32,000 nucleotides of DNA from an uncultured Erysipelotrichaceae bacterium (GTDB taxonomy: Bacteria; Bacillota_I; Bacilli_A; Erysipelotrichales; Erysipelotrichaceae), in assembly GCA_964401865.1 (NCBI GenBank), contig CAYNZZ010000010.1:1-32000 (forward strand). Direction: 5' to 3'. A program made the position numbers and the translations under genes. Positions 1 through 8,096 of the stretch are shown here, piece after piece (position 1 is the stretch's first letter; each line of letters opens with the position of its first letter). The notes beneath the pieces are model-generated. The model made no database searches and was not told the origin of the DNA. It saw only the letters and a program-made list of their open reading frames with translations.

Positions 1-1
1 A

Positions 2-163
2 TTTGATTATGCAAGTAAGTTAATTGGTAAAAAAGTTGTTATCTATGGATGTAATCATTTTATTGGTAAAACAAATGAATCTGAAAAAAACAATAGAAAA
101 ACCATATATAGAAATTTCACTACTAAAATCAATGTGAAGACTCAGATATTTGTATTGGAATAA
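2..163 (+). CDS. 3' end of an unidentified CDS entering from upstream of the window (partial)
   Basis: Frame 2 is open from the window edge to TAA at 161-163 (..KLIGKKVVIYGCNHFIGKT..QIFVLE*). No motif recognised. Confidence 0.3.
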   Translation, partial: FDYASKLIGKKVVIYGCNHFIGKTNESEKNNRKTIYRNFTTKINVKTQIFVLE

Positions 164-259
164 AAATACGATTCTTGTTATTAGTTTTAAGATATGAATA
201 TAGAATTTTTCTTATCAGTGATTCAGCTAAAAGAAAGATCTATATAGATTTTACAACTT

Positions 260-288
260 TTGACTGCCAAAACATGAGAATTTATAAG
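260..288 (+). promoter_or_regulatory. Sigma-A type promoter candidate for the ptp-rlm-aminopeptidase operon
   Basis: TTGACT (260-265), 17-nt spacer, TATAAG (283-288). Lies about 85 nt upstream of the ATG at 374. Confidence 0.4.
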
Positions 289-373
289 AAGATACAGAAA
301 CTACAAGAAAAATGAAAGTTGTAAAAAGCCTTTAAATACAAGGAAGTACGACGATTTAAGGAGATATAAGAAC

Positions 374-826
374 ATGATAAAAATACTATTCATCTGCCAC
401 GGCAACATATGCCGTAGTCCAATGGCAGAGTTTATGTTAAAAGATAGAGTTAATAAAATGGGGATAAGCAACATATTCTATATCGATTCTAAGGCGGTAT
501 CTAGAGAAGAGATAGGTAATGACATATATCCCCAAGCTAAAAGATGTCTAGAATTACATCAAGTACCATACTCTAAAAGACAAGCCTTACAAATCACAAA
601 AGAAGATTATCAAAGATTTGATTATATTTTCCTAATGGATGAAAGTAATCGACGTTTGATAAAATGTATCATCCCTGAAGATAAAGATAATAAGATATCC
701 CTATTTTTAAAAGATAAAAGTATTGCTGATCCATGGTACAGTGGCGATTTTGAAAAGACATACAACGACATATGTCAAGGTATTGATATGTTTATTGATG
801 AATTGGAGAAACAAGGTAAAATATGA
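374..826 (+). CDS. Low-molecular-weight protein tyrosine (or arginine) phosphatase
   Basis: N-terminal P-loop CHGNICRSPMAE (CX5R(S/T)) and a C-terminal DPWY/D motif. 150 aa. RBS AAGGAG sits 8 nt upstream. Confidence 0.9.
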   Translation: MIKILFICHGNICRSPMAEFMLKDRVNKMGISNIFYIDSKAVSREEIGNDIYPQAKRCLELHQVPYSKRQALQITKEDYQRFDYIFLMDESNRRLIKCIIPEDKDNKISLFLKDKSIADPWYSGDFEKTYNDICQGIDMFIDELEKQGKI

Positions 827-1947
827 TGAGTAATTGTCCTTATTTTAGTAAATGTGGAGGATGCAAATATCCTTTAGATGATTATGATGCTTCTTTAAGA
901 CTAAAGGTTGAGGCAATAAAAAAAGAATTAGCTCCTTTTCTTGTTAAAAATGTTGTGTCTAATCCTAATGTTTACCATTATCGTCACAAAGTAATTTATC
1001 GTTTTTTTAAGAAGGATAAGAAGATATATGCAGGTTTATATGAGGGTGGTTTAGGCAAGACAATCAGTATTGAAAACTGTTTAATTCAAAAAGAAGTAGT
1101 ATCAAAAATTATTAAAGATATTCTGTCTTATTTAAACAGATATCATGTCGAAGTGTATAATCCTACAACTAAACAAGGTTTATTGAGATATATTTTGTTT
1201 AGAGTTTCTAAAGACGATAAAGTATCAATCTGTTTGGTAATTGGCAACAAAGATTTTAAAGGTAGCAATAATTTCTTTAAAGAGATTAGGAAACTTCATC
1301 CGGAAATAGTGAATATTGATTTACTAATCAACAGAAGAGATACAAGTGTTGTAATTGAAGGAGAGTTAAGAAATGTTTTTGGGAATGGATATTTAAGAGA
1401 TAAATTAAAAGATTATACTTTTAACATATCCAATGATGCTTTTTATCAGGTCAATCCATATTGTGCTGAACTTATCTATCAAGATGTAATTGATAGATTA
1501 GATATTAAAAAAAGTGATGTGATACTGGATGCTTATTGTGGCATTGGTACAATAACTTTATTTTTAGCTAAATATGCCAAACAGGTAATCGGTGTTGAAA
1601 TAAATGCTAAAGCGATTAAATCAGCAATCAAAAATGCAACTATAAATAATGTGACGAATGTTTCTTTTGTGTGTCAGGATGTAAAAGAATACATGTGTGA
1701 TGAAAATTTTGATATCTTAGTTGTCGATCCGACCAGAAGCGGAATGAGCGATGATTTTATCAAAACGATCAGAAAGAAAAAACCTAAGAAGATAGCTTAT
1801 GTTTCATGTAATCCTCAAACGATGGCGAATGATTTGAATAAATTAAAAGATTTATATTTTATTGAACCGATAACTCTATATGATCAATTTGGCTTTACTG
1901 CTCATTTAGAAGCACTCACAATTTGTCATTTAAAAGTGGTAGAATAG
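823..1947 (+). CDS. 23S rRNA m5U methyltransferase, TrmA/RlmC/RlmD family (short form without N-terminal TRAM domain)
   Basis: N-terminal Cys cluster CPYFSKCGGCKY plus a later ENCL Cys (4Fe-4S ligands). SAM motif DAYCGIGT, VDPTRSG, and catalytic YVSCNP. ATGA overlap with the upstream gene. Confidence 0.85.
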   Translation: MMSNCPYFSKCGGCKYPLDDYDASLRLKVEAIKKELAPFLVKNVVSNPNVYHYRHKVIYRFFKKDKKIYAGLYEGGLGKTISIENCLIQKEVVSKIIKDILSYLNRYHVEVYNPTTKQGLLRYILFRVSKDDKVSICLVIGNKDFKGSNNFFKEIRKLHPEIVNIDLLINRRDTSVVIEGELRNVFGNGYLRDKLKDYTFNISNDAFYQVNPYCAELIYQDVIDRLDIKKSDVILDAYCGIGTITLFLAKYAKQVIGVEINAKAIKSAIKNATINNVTNVSFVCQDVKEYMCDENFDILVVDPTRSGMSDDFIKTIRKKKPKKIAYVSCNPQTMANDLNKLKDLYFIEPITLYDQFGFTAHLEALTICHLKVVE

Positions 1948-1969
1948 TAGCATATTAGGAGAATTAGAA

Positions 1970-3256
1970 ATGTCAAAAGAATTGTGTAATTTTTTAGATT
2001 ATAGTCGTAGCAGTTTTCAAACTGTTGATTTCTTATCGAGAATACTTGATGAAAATGATTTTGTTAGATTAGACGAAAAAGAGAGCTTTGATTTGCAAAA
2101 GGGCAAAAACTATTATTTGACTAGAAATGATTCAAGTATTATCGCCTTTAAAATTGGCGAGACACTTAACAAGGCTAGTTTCCATTTAACCGCTTCACAT
2201 AGCGATTGTCCTGGTTTTAAAATTAAACCTAATTCAATTATTAAAGACAATAACTACTATCGTTTAAACACTGAAGTTTATGGTGGGCCAATATTTCAGA
2301 CATGGCTTGATAGACCATTATCTTTAGCGGGACGAGTAATTGTTGAAAAAAATGATAAATTACTAATTGAACACATCGATTTAAAAAGACCGATTTGCAT
2401 TATCCCATCATTAGCTATTCATATGAATCCGGGTGTAAATAAAGGCTTAGAGTTAAATCCGCAAGTTGATCTGTTGCCGCTTTGTTCATGCGAAGATTTT
2501 AATTTGAATAAAATATTAGCTGATGAGCTAATGTTTGATGAAAAACAAATAGTTAATTATGATTTATTTTTATATCCATTTGAAAAAGCATTAGTATGGG
2601 GTGGAAATAATAATGATGAATTTATTTCTAGTCAGCATTTGGATGATTTAGCTTCGGCATATGCATCATTTGCTGGTTTTGTAAAGAGTCAGGCTAACGA
2701 ACATATCAATGTCTATGCTTGTTTTGACAATGAAGAAGTTGGATCTCTTACTAGGCAGGGCGCTGATAGCGATTTTTTAAGAAACACTTTGATGAAGGTA
2801 TCTTCTTCTTTAGGTTTAGACTATTTGAATGTTTTGGCTAATTCGATGATGATTTCATGTGATAATGCGCATGCCAAACATCCTAATCACCCAGAAAAAG
2901 CGGATAGCACTAACCATCCACTTATCAATCATGGGGTTGTAATTAAGTTTAATGCTAATCAATCATATACTAGTGATTCTTTAGGTGTTGCGATATTTAA
3001 ACAGATTTTAAAGAAGAACAATTTACAATATCAGTATTATACAAATCGCAGTGATATGCGAGGAGGTTCAACTTTAGGAAATTTATCTAATGCTCAAGTA
3101 TCTCTTTTGTCAATAGATATCGGTCTTGCTCAGTTGGCTATGCACTCGGCATACGAAACATCCGGTTTAAAAGATATCGATGATATGATAGAGTCATTAA
3201 AAGCGTTCTATGATGCAGAAATAATAATGTCTAATGATTCAATAGAAATTCTTTAA
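1970..3256 (+). CDS. M18 family aminopeptidase (aspartyl aminopeptidase-like)
   Basis: ASHSDCPGFKIKP, FDNEEVGS and the terminal STLG..AQLAMHS motifs are typical of M18. 428 aa. RBS GGAG upstream. Confidence 0.85.
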   Translation: MSKELCNFLDYSRSSFQTVDFLSRILDENDFVRLDEKESFDLQKGKNYYLTRNDSSIIAFKIGETLNKASFHLTASHSDCPGFKIKPNSIIKDNNYYRLNTEVYGGPIFQTWLDRPLSLAGRVIVEKNDKLLIEHIDLKRPICIIPSLAIHMNPGVNKGLELNPQVDLLPLCSCEDFNLNKILADELMFDEKQIVNYDLFLYPFEKALVWGGNNNDEFISSQHLDDLASAYASFAGFVKSQANEHINVYACFDNEEVGSLTRQGADSDFLRNTLMKVSSSLGLDYLNVLANSMMISCDNAHAKHPNHPEKADSTNHPLINHGVVIKFNANQSYTSDSLGVAIFKQILKKNNLQYQYYTNRSDMRGGSTLGNLSNAQVSLLSIDIGLAQLAMHSAYETSGLKDIDDMIESLKAFYDAEIIMSNDSIEIL

Positions 3257-3273
3257 GCAATAAGACAATTTAA

Positions 3274-3310
3274 AAGCCCAAGAAGTGTATTTATTCTTGG
3301 GCTTGTTTTT
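3274..3310. terminator. Bidirectional rho-independent terminator (aminopeptidase on +, fem-tRNA on -)
   Basis: Perfect 11-bp stem AAGCCCAAGAA (3274-3284) / TTCTTGGGCTT (3294-3304). Flanked by an A-run on the left and GTTTTT on the right. Confidence 0.8.
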
Positions 3311-3314
3311 AAAA

Positions 3315-3390
3315 TGGTGCCGATGATAGGACTTGAACCTACGACCTACGCGTTACGAGTGCGTTGCACTACCGACTGTGCTACATCGGC
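3315..3390 (-). tRNA. tRNA-Thr (anticodon CGU), CCA encoded
   Basis: Reverse complement folds as GCCGATG-TA-GCAC-AGTCGGTA-GTGC-A-ACGCA-CTCGTAA-CGCGT-AGGTC-GTAGG-TTCAAGT-CCTAT-CATCGGC-A-CCA, 76 nt. U8, G18G19 and TTC are present. There is one A31/C39 mismatch. Confidence 0.93.
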
Positions 3391-3392
3391 AT

Positions 3393-3419
3393 AATCCTTT
3401 ATTTATTTCTTAAAGGATT
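3393..3419 (-). other. Hairpin spanning the fem stop codon, 2 nt upstream of the tRNA 5' end
   Basis: Minus strand reads AATCCTTTA-agaaaTAAa-TAAAGGATT, then AT, then GCCGATG (tRNA). The stem is 9 bp and the stop codon TAA lies in the loop. Confidence 0.6.
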
Positions 3420-4674
3420 TAGTAAAATTATACACTTTTTTCGCAACTTCAAACACATTTTTATAAAATGGCGAAACAGTATATTCAAACTGGCCTATCA
3501 ATTCAACCACTTCTCCACCGTATTGTTTTTTGTAAGTATATAAACCGTAATGTTCATTTTTGGGATTGAAATCACCGGTGATGCCGTAGAAATTGTAGTA
3601 TTCAAAACCGTCATTAATACATTTTTTAATTAATTCAGTAACGATAATGCATGAAGTGGCAAAGTGCTGCATATACTTTTCGTCATTTCCTGCTAGTAAC
3701 ATTATTGCTTCTTTTCCATAGGTTATTAGAGTTATACCGCTTAAAGCTACTTTTTGACCATATTCTTTATTTGCTTCATCAATGATTTTTAATAGTGTCT
3801 CATTGGTATTCAAAACAACTTCTTCTTCGTGAATGATGTTTTCATTATGTTTGCTATTGGAACGAGCTTTAATTTTAGCGATATAAGCTTTATTTTTTTC
3901 AATTTCCTTCAAAACATTTTCTCTAGCTTTATCAAAGTCGATCTCGGCTACATAATAGTGAAGCATCCCATCTTTATGTAGCATGTCATACATTCTTTCA
4001 TAATATGATAATGGTCTATCAACGAAACCACGACGCTTTGACGTGATATCCATTAAATGTTTATAAGTGCTAATCTCTTCTCTTTCTAACTCTCTTACAC
4101 TAATAGAGAGATAGTCTTTTCTTTTAACTTTTCTTCTGACTTCATAGCGAAATTTTTTAAATAATTCTTCGTATGGTTTATCTAATGCTAACCTAAATAA
4201 CCAACGGGGTTGCAGATTTTCATAATATAGATTAAAACCTGTATGATGATAACCGCAATCGATTAAGTCTTGCACAACATGCTTATGATTTTCGCCATTT
4301 TCTACTTCATCACCATTTATGTCTCGTTGCGTATAGATTAGATTGGGAGTAATGATAATCTTAAAAGCACCTTTAGATTTCAAATGCTTTACTAAATCTT
4401 TGTTGAAATCCTTTAGTAGAGCTGTGTTTTCAAAATCGATTAAATAGCCATGTGGAGCGTAAAAAAGTGATTTATTAAAAAGCGGCATCTTTTTGGAAAG
4501 AAACATGGCGAAAGCTAAATAGTTGTTGTCATCATCAATATAGGCGATGTAATGTCCTTTCCAACCAGTAGCACATTTGACATCAGCCCAATTTGAACTC
4601 TGTTCAAAAGATACAAGGGGATGATTTTTTGTGAGTTCATTGAACTCTTCTTTTTTTATATCTATAATCTTCAT
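3403..4674 (-). CDS. FemAB/MurMN-family peptidoglycan interpeptide-bridge aminoacyltransferase (paralog 2)
   Basis: FEQSSNWADVK near the N-terminus, a central coiled-coil-like K/E-rich insert, and C-terminal YNFYGITG..GLYTYKKQYGG..ELIGQF, as in FemA/FemB/MurM. ATGA overlap with the upstream paralog. Confidence 0.88.
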   Translation of the reverse strand: MKIIDIKKEEFNELTKNHPLVSFEQSSNWADVKCATGWKGHYIAYIDDDNNYLAFAMFLSKKMPLFNKSLFYAPHGYLIDFENTALLKDFNKDLVKHLKSKGAFKIIITPNLIYTQRDINGDEVENGENHKHVVQDLIDCGYHHTGFNLYYENLQPRWLFRLALDKPYEELFKKFRYEVRRKVKRKDYLSISVRELEREEISTYKHLMDITSKRRGFVDRPLSYYERMYDMLHKDGMLHYYVAEIDFDKARENVLKEIEKNKAYIAKIKARSNSKHNENIIHEEEVVLNTNETLLKIIDEANKEYGQKVALSGITLITYGKEAIMLLAGNDEKYMQHFATSCIIVTELIKKCINDGFEYYNFYGITGDFNPKNEHYGLYTYKKQYGGEVVELIGQFEYTVSPFYKNVFEVAKKVYNFTKSFKK

Positions 4675-5939
4675 TTTTTTCTTTTTTCCGCTTTTCTAAT
4701 ATAGTATTTACGTCTTGCCTTTAAAAGAGAAAGGATAACTTTATTTGCGATAGGTCTGACAATGAAATCAAATTCACCAATAAATTCATCATAGTCACCG
4801 CCAAAACGCATCTTGAATAATGTTATGCCATACAAACTGGAACTAGGATCCATAATTCCTTCTGCACCGAAGAAATCTACCCAATTATATCCTTCTTTCT
4901 TAGCATCTTTAATTACCTGATAATATAGTTCATAATTGGCGTTCACAAATTTAAGGATATCGCGATTACCGCCATGAACTATCCACACTTTGTCTTTGTA
5001 TTTAGCAGTTATTACACTGGATAATACAATTTCATCTTTTTCTATTTCATTGACCAGTTTAGCTTCTTTTTCGATTTTAATTATCTGATCTTTGATATCA
5101 TTTACTTTCTTTTTTTGCCTTGATGTTGCATTCTCGCTTGTGCATATTTCTAATTCTTCATTTAGTTTTTTCTTTTTTTCGATATAGATTGCTTTTAAAT
5201 TCTTGACGTTTAATTTTGCCAAATAGATATCTGACATACCATTTTTATTTAAAATATCATAAAAATCATCAAAGAAAGAAAAAGGTTCAAGTACAATTTC
5301 TTTGCGTCTAGATGTTTCGACCATTGTCTCATAGAATTCTTTTACATCTTCTCTAGTACCTTTATATATCTTTAAATCATAAGGATTATCACGTTTTAAT
5401 ATATTTTTAGTAGTGGGATGAAAATTATTAAAAATATCATCTAATTCATTTTCCAGATTTAACCTAAAAGTAAACCTAGGGTTTGACGAATCGGCGAAAC
5501 GAATGGTAAAGCCTTTATGCTTGGCACCTAATTGTTTAAGCTCTTCGATTAGGTCAGCATTTTCCTTATTTTCATAAATGACTTTTGCATCTTTATCGAG
5601 TTTGTGAAGAACCAAATCAGGATCGATTCTAAAATACAATCCGTGATGTTTTTTGGTAAATTTTTTTATTTCTTCGACCATTATTTTGAGCGATTTTTTG
5701 TCGCTATAATCAATGATAAAACCCCTAGGACAATAAAAAAATGAATAGTGCAATACTTTCTTTTCCAGTACCAGAGCAGAAGCTTTAATTTCATTTTCAT
5801 CCATCAATGCTAAGTGATGAACAATCTGTCTTCTTTTTTTTGCGACTTCTCCCCATGATGATGTCTGAGCAAAATGAGTTCTATCATTTCTATAAACAAA
5901 CTCATCAAATAATTTTGTGTCAATTTCTTTTAATTCCAT
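4671..5939 (-). CDS. FemAB/MurMN-family peptidoglycan interpeptide-bridge aminoacyltransferase (paralog 1)
   Basis: FAQTSSWGEVAKK, a coiled-coil insert, and VDFFGAEG..LYGITLFKMRFGG..EFIGEF. I place the start at ATG 5937-5939 (MELKEID..), which aligns with the paralog's N-terminus. The track's start at 6011 is a TTG with no RBS. Confidence 0.85.
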   Translation of the reverse strand: MELKEIDTKLFDEFVYRNDRTHFAQTSSWGEVAKKRRQIVHHLALMDENEIKASALVLEKKVLHYSFFYCPRGFIIDYSDKKSLKIMVEEIKKFTKKHHGLYFRIDPDLVLHKLDKDAKVIYENKENADLIEELKQLGAKHKGFTIRFADSSNPRFTFRLNLENELDDIFNNFHPTTKNILKRDNPYDLKIYKGTREDVKEFYETMVETSRRKEIVLEPFSFFDDFYDILNKNGMSDIYLAKLNVKNLKAIYIEKKKKLNEELEICTSENATSRQKKKVNDIKDQIIKIEKEAKLVNEIEKDEIVLSSVITAKYKDKVWIVHGGNRDILKFVNANYELYYQVIKDAKKEGYNWVDFFGAEGIMDPSSSLYGITLFKMRFGGDYDEFIGEFDFIVRPIANKVILSLLKARRKYYIRKAEKRKK

Positions 5940-5945
5940 AACGCC

Positions 5946-5974
5946 ATTATATAAAAGTTTTAACTCCTTTACAA
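5946..5974 (-). promoter_or_regulatory. Promoter candidate for the fem operon (possibly producing a leaderless mRNA)
   Basis: Minus strand reads TTGTAA (5974-5969), 17 nt, TATAAT (5951-5946), 6 nt, ATG (5939-5937). There is no RBS at a usable distance from this ATG. Confidence 0.45.
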
Positions 5975-5996
5975 ATAAAGATAAGCGTTCTATAAT
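5968..5996 (+). promoter_or_regulatory. Promoter candidate for the perR-like/rubrerythrin operon
   Basis: TTTACA (5968-5973), 17 nt, TATAAT (5991-5996). The -35 occupies the same base pairs as the divergent fem -35. Confidence 0.55.
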
Positions 5997-6010
5997 GAGA
6001 ATAGTTCTCA
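5996..6010 (+). promoter_or_regulatory. Fur-family 7-1-7 operator (putative PerR box)
   Basis: TGAGAAT-A-GTTCTCA, with 6 of 7 positions symmetric. Same architecture as the B. subtilis Fur/PerR/Zur boxes (TGAtAATnATTaTCA type). It abuts the -10 and covers the expected transcription start. Confidence 0.55.
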
Positions 6011-6022
6011 ATAAGGATATAT

Positions 6023-6412
6023 ATGCGTCAAACTAAACAAAAAGAAAAACTTAGATCATTGTTATTTGAAAAACCTCGACATTTTAAAGCCGAAGAAGTT
6101 TTAAATATCATGAATAGGGAAGAGAAAGTTATTTCTTTAGCTACTGTCTATCGTCAATTAGATGATTTAGTGAAGCAAGGCAAACTGAAGAAAATAACTT
6201 TTGATAATGTTTGTTACTACGATTCATATACTGGATTTCATCATCATTTTTGTTGTGAAAAATGTGGCAAAATTTATGATGTCAAATTAGATACCGATAT
6301 GATTGATGAAATGTTTATGGAAAGGTATGATCATCAGTTATCGATGCATGAAATAGTCTTTAAAGGGATATGCAAAAATTGTTTAAAAAAGGAGAAAACA
6401 AAATGGAACTAA
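6023..6412 (+). CDS. perR: Fur-family transcriptional regulator, PerR-like
   Basis: HTH region [22 protein letters not shown] and a C-terminal CKNC (Cys4 Zn site). Directly coupled to rubrerythrin. The perR symbol is inferred from this context only. Confidence 0.8.
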   Translation: MRQTKQKEKLRSLLFEKPRHFKAEEVLNIMNREEKVISLATVYRQLDDLVKQGKLKKITFDNVCYYDSYTGFHHHFCCEKCGKIYDVKLDTDMIDEMFMERYDHQLSMHEIVFKGICKNCLKKEKTKWN

Positions 6413-6939
6413 AGGGTTCAAAAACAGAACAAAATCTTCAAACTGCATTCGCTGGTGAATCGCAAGCTCGTAACAAATATACATATTTCGCTAAAGTAGC
6501 TAAAGATGCAGGTATGGATCAAATCGCTAAATATTTTAAAGAAACTGCTCGTAACGAACAGGAACACGCTCGTCTTTGGTTTGAAGCATTACATGATGGT
6601 ATGCCCGATCTTGCAACTGCTTTAAAAATGGCGGCTGAGGGCGAAAACTACGAATGGACAACAATGTATAAGGATTTCGCTGAAACTGCAAGACAAGAAG
6701 GCTTTATGCGTATTGCTGCTCAAATGGAAATGGTAGCTAAGATTGAAAAAATTCACGAAGAAAGATACTTGGAATTATTGTCTAATGTTGAAAATGCTCA
6801 AGTATTTGAAAAGGAACATGAAGAAGTTTGGGTATGTGCCAAATGTGGATATCGTCATGTAGGAAAGAAAGCACCAATGGTTTGCCCACTATGTGGTTAT
6901 CCTCAAAGTCAATTTTCTTTGGAAAGAATCGATTACTAA
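6403..6939 (+). CDS. rbr: Rubrerythrin
   Basis: Ferritin-like di-iron motifs ([25 protein letters not shown]) plus a C-terminal rubredoxin CAKCG..CPLCG. Start moved to ATG 6403 ([12 protein letters not shown]), which has AGGAG 8 nt upstream. Overlaps the regulator's stop by 10 nt. Confidence 0.92.
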   Translation: MELKGSKTEQNLQTAFAGESQARNKYTYFAKVAKDAGMDQIAKYFKETARNEQEHARLWFEALHDGMPDLATALKMAAEGENYEWTTMYKDFAETARQEGFMRIAAQMEMVAKIEKIHEERYLELLSNVENAQVFEKEHEEVWVCAKCGYRHVGKKAPMVCPLCGYPQSQFSLERIDY

Positions 6940-6960
6940 AATAAAAAGGAATACAAAAAA

Positions 6961-6987
6961 GGGGCTTCATTGAAGAAGTCCCTTTTT
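6961..6987. terminator. Bidirectional terminator between rbr (+) and csp (-)
   Basis: GGGGCTTC-attgaa-GAAGTCCC (one G-U pair). Preceded by A6 and followed by TTTTT. Confidence 0.7.
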
Positions 6988-7006
6988 AATTCCGGGTTAT
7001 TGTGAT

Positions 7007-7204
7007 CTATACTTTTTTTACATTGATTGCCTGTGGGCCCTTGTCGCCTTCAGTAACATCGTATGTAACAGCTTGACCATCATCTAAAGTTTTATAACCA
7101 TCGCAATCAATCGCTGAGAAGTGAACAAATACTTCTCTTCCATCATCGCCAGTAATAAAGCCATAGCCTTTTTCAGAATTAAACCATTTAACTTTACCGG
7201 TCAT
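7007..7204 (-). CDS. Cold-shock protein (CspA family)
   Basis: [25 protein letters not shown] carries the RNP1/RNP2 motifs. 65 aa from ATG 7204 with GGAGA RBS. The 17-codon upstream extension in the track is not supported. Confidence 0.93.
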   Translation of the reverse strand: MTGKVKWFNSEKGYGFITGDDGREVFVHFSAIDCDGYKTLDDGQAVTYDVTEGDKGPQAINVKKV

Positions 7205-7360
7205 CTTATCTCCTTTTACTAGCACTTTAAAGTTATGCGAACTATTTTGGTACACTTATATTATAGCTTTTCTGAGCAAATAATGAAAGCATTTTCATAA
7301 ACAAAAAATAATGTCCGACAATATTACAAACGGAGTTTTTTGAAAAGATATATTTATTTA

Positions 7361-7388
7361 TTGACAAAATATATTATTTTTATATACT
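7361..7388 (+). promoter_or_regulatory. Promoter candidate for DUF1934-rpoE
   Basis: TTGACA (7361-7366), 16 nt, TATACT (7383-7388). Lies 20 nt upstream of the ATG at 7408. Confidence 0.5.
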
Positions 7389-7407
7389 ACTATTTGAGTA
7401 TAAGGAA

Positions 7408-7743
7408 ATGGCTAAAATATCAATTAAAAACAAAGTGAATAACGAGGTTTCTTTACTTTACGAAGGAGAGCTTAAAAATGCCGATAATATCAGGTATTTA
7501 GAAATAAATACTAAGGCTCTAACTAAAATTGATCACGATGAAAAAGGTATTTCTATTATACGGATTGCGGATGATGCTAAAACTAAACTGTATCTTAGCT
7601 TAGATGACAGTTTTGGAAGCGTTGAGACGCAATATGGAACATTGCCGCTTGAAATTACATGTTCAAGCTATTGTAGGAATGATAAGGAAATAATTGTTGA
7701 ATATAAGTTCAATGATGATTATCTTCTTATGATTGAGTTTTAG
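7408..7743 (+). CDS. Small beta-rich protein, probably DUF1934 (YwiB-like)
   Basis: The pattern LYEGEL..IRYLE..ISIIR..TQYGTLPLEI..IIVEYKF resembles DUF1934 as I remember it. My recollection is that this family often sits next to rpoE in Firmicutes. Confidence 0.5.
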   Translation: MAKISIKNKVNNEVSLLYEGELKNADNIRYLEINTKALTKIDHDEKGISIIRIADDAKTKLYLSLDDSFGSVETQYGTLPLEITCSSYCRNDKEIIVEYKFNDDYLLMIEF

Positions 7744-7754
7744 GAGTATTAAGA

Positions 7755-8096
7755 ATGACAAGTTTTAAATCAATGACTGATGTTGCATATGATGTGATGT
7801 CTAAGAAAAAACACAGTATGGATTTCAGCCATTTATGGCAAGAAGTATCGAATCAAATTAAAATTTATGACGAAGACGAAGCAATATCTCAATTTTATAC
7901 CGATCTGACATTAGATGGTCGATTTGCCTCTCTTAAAAATAATAATTGGGATTTAAAAGAGAGATATACATTTGAAGAAACGTATGTTGATTTAAGTGAT
8001 GTCGATGCTGATGAAGATGAGGAAGAAGCGAGCGAAGATTTAGAAGAAGGCCTAGATGGCGAGTTTATTAAGGGGGAAGATGAAGAGGATTATTAA
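7755..8096 (+). CDS. rpoE: DNA-directed RNA polymerase delta subunit
   Basis: N-terminal HARE-HTH-like domain (MTDVAYDVM..FYTDLTLDGRFASL) followed by a strongly acidic D/E tail. Confidence 0.88.
   Translation: MTSFKSMTDVAYDVMSKKKHSMDFSHLWQEVSNQIKIYDEDEAISQFYTDLTLDGRFASLKNNNWDLKERYTFEETYVDLSDVDADEDEEEASEDLEEGLDGEFIKGEDEEDY

Noticed and set aside
275-281. TGAGAAT half-site identical to the left half of the putative PerR box, inside the ptp promoter spacer.
   Set aside because: Only one half is present. The downstream 7-mer (TATAAGA) does not match GTTCTCA. A single 7-mer in AT-rich DNA is expected by chance.
313-336. Seven-codon uORF (MKVVKSL*) in the ptp leader.
   Set aside because: It has no RBS and no associated structure or attenuator. 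Most likely a chance ORF.
5940-6011. 24-codon N-terminal extension of FemAB paralog 1 (track start at 6011).
   Set aside because: The start codon would be TTG with no RBS. The extension covers the divergent promoter and Fur-box region and has no counterpart in the paralog.
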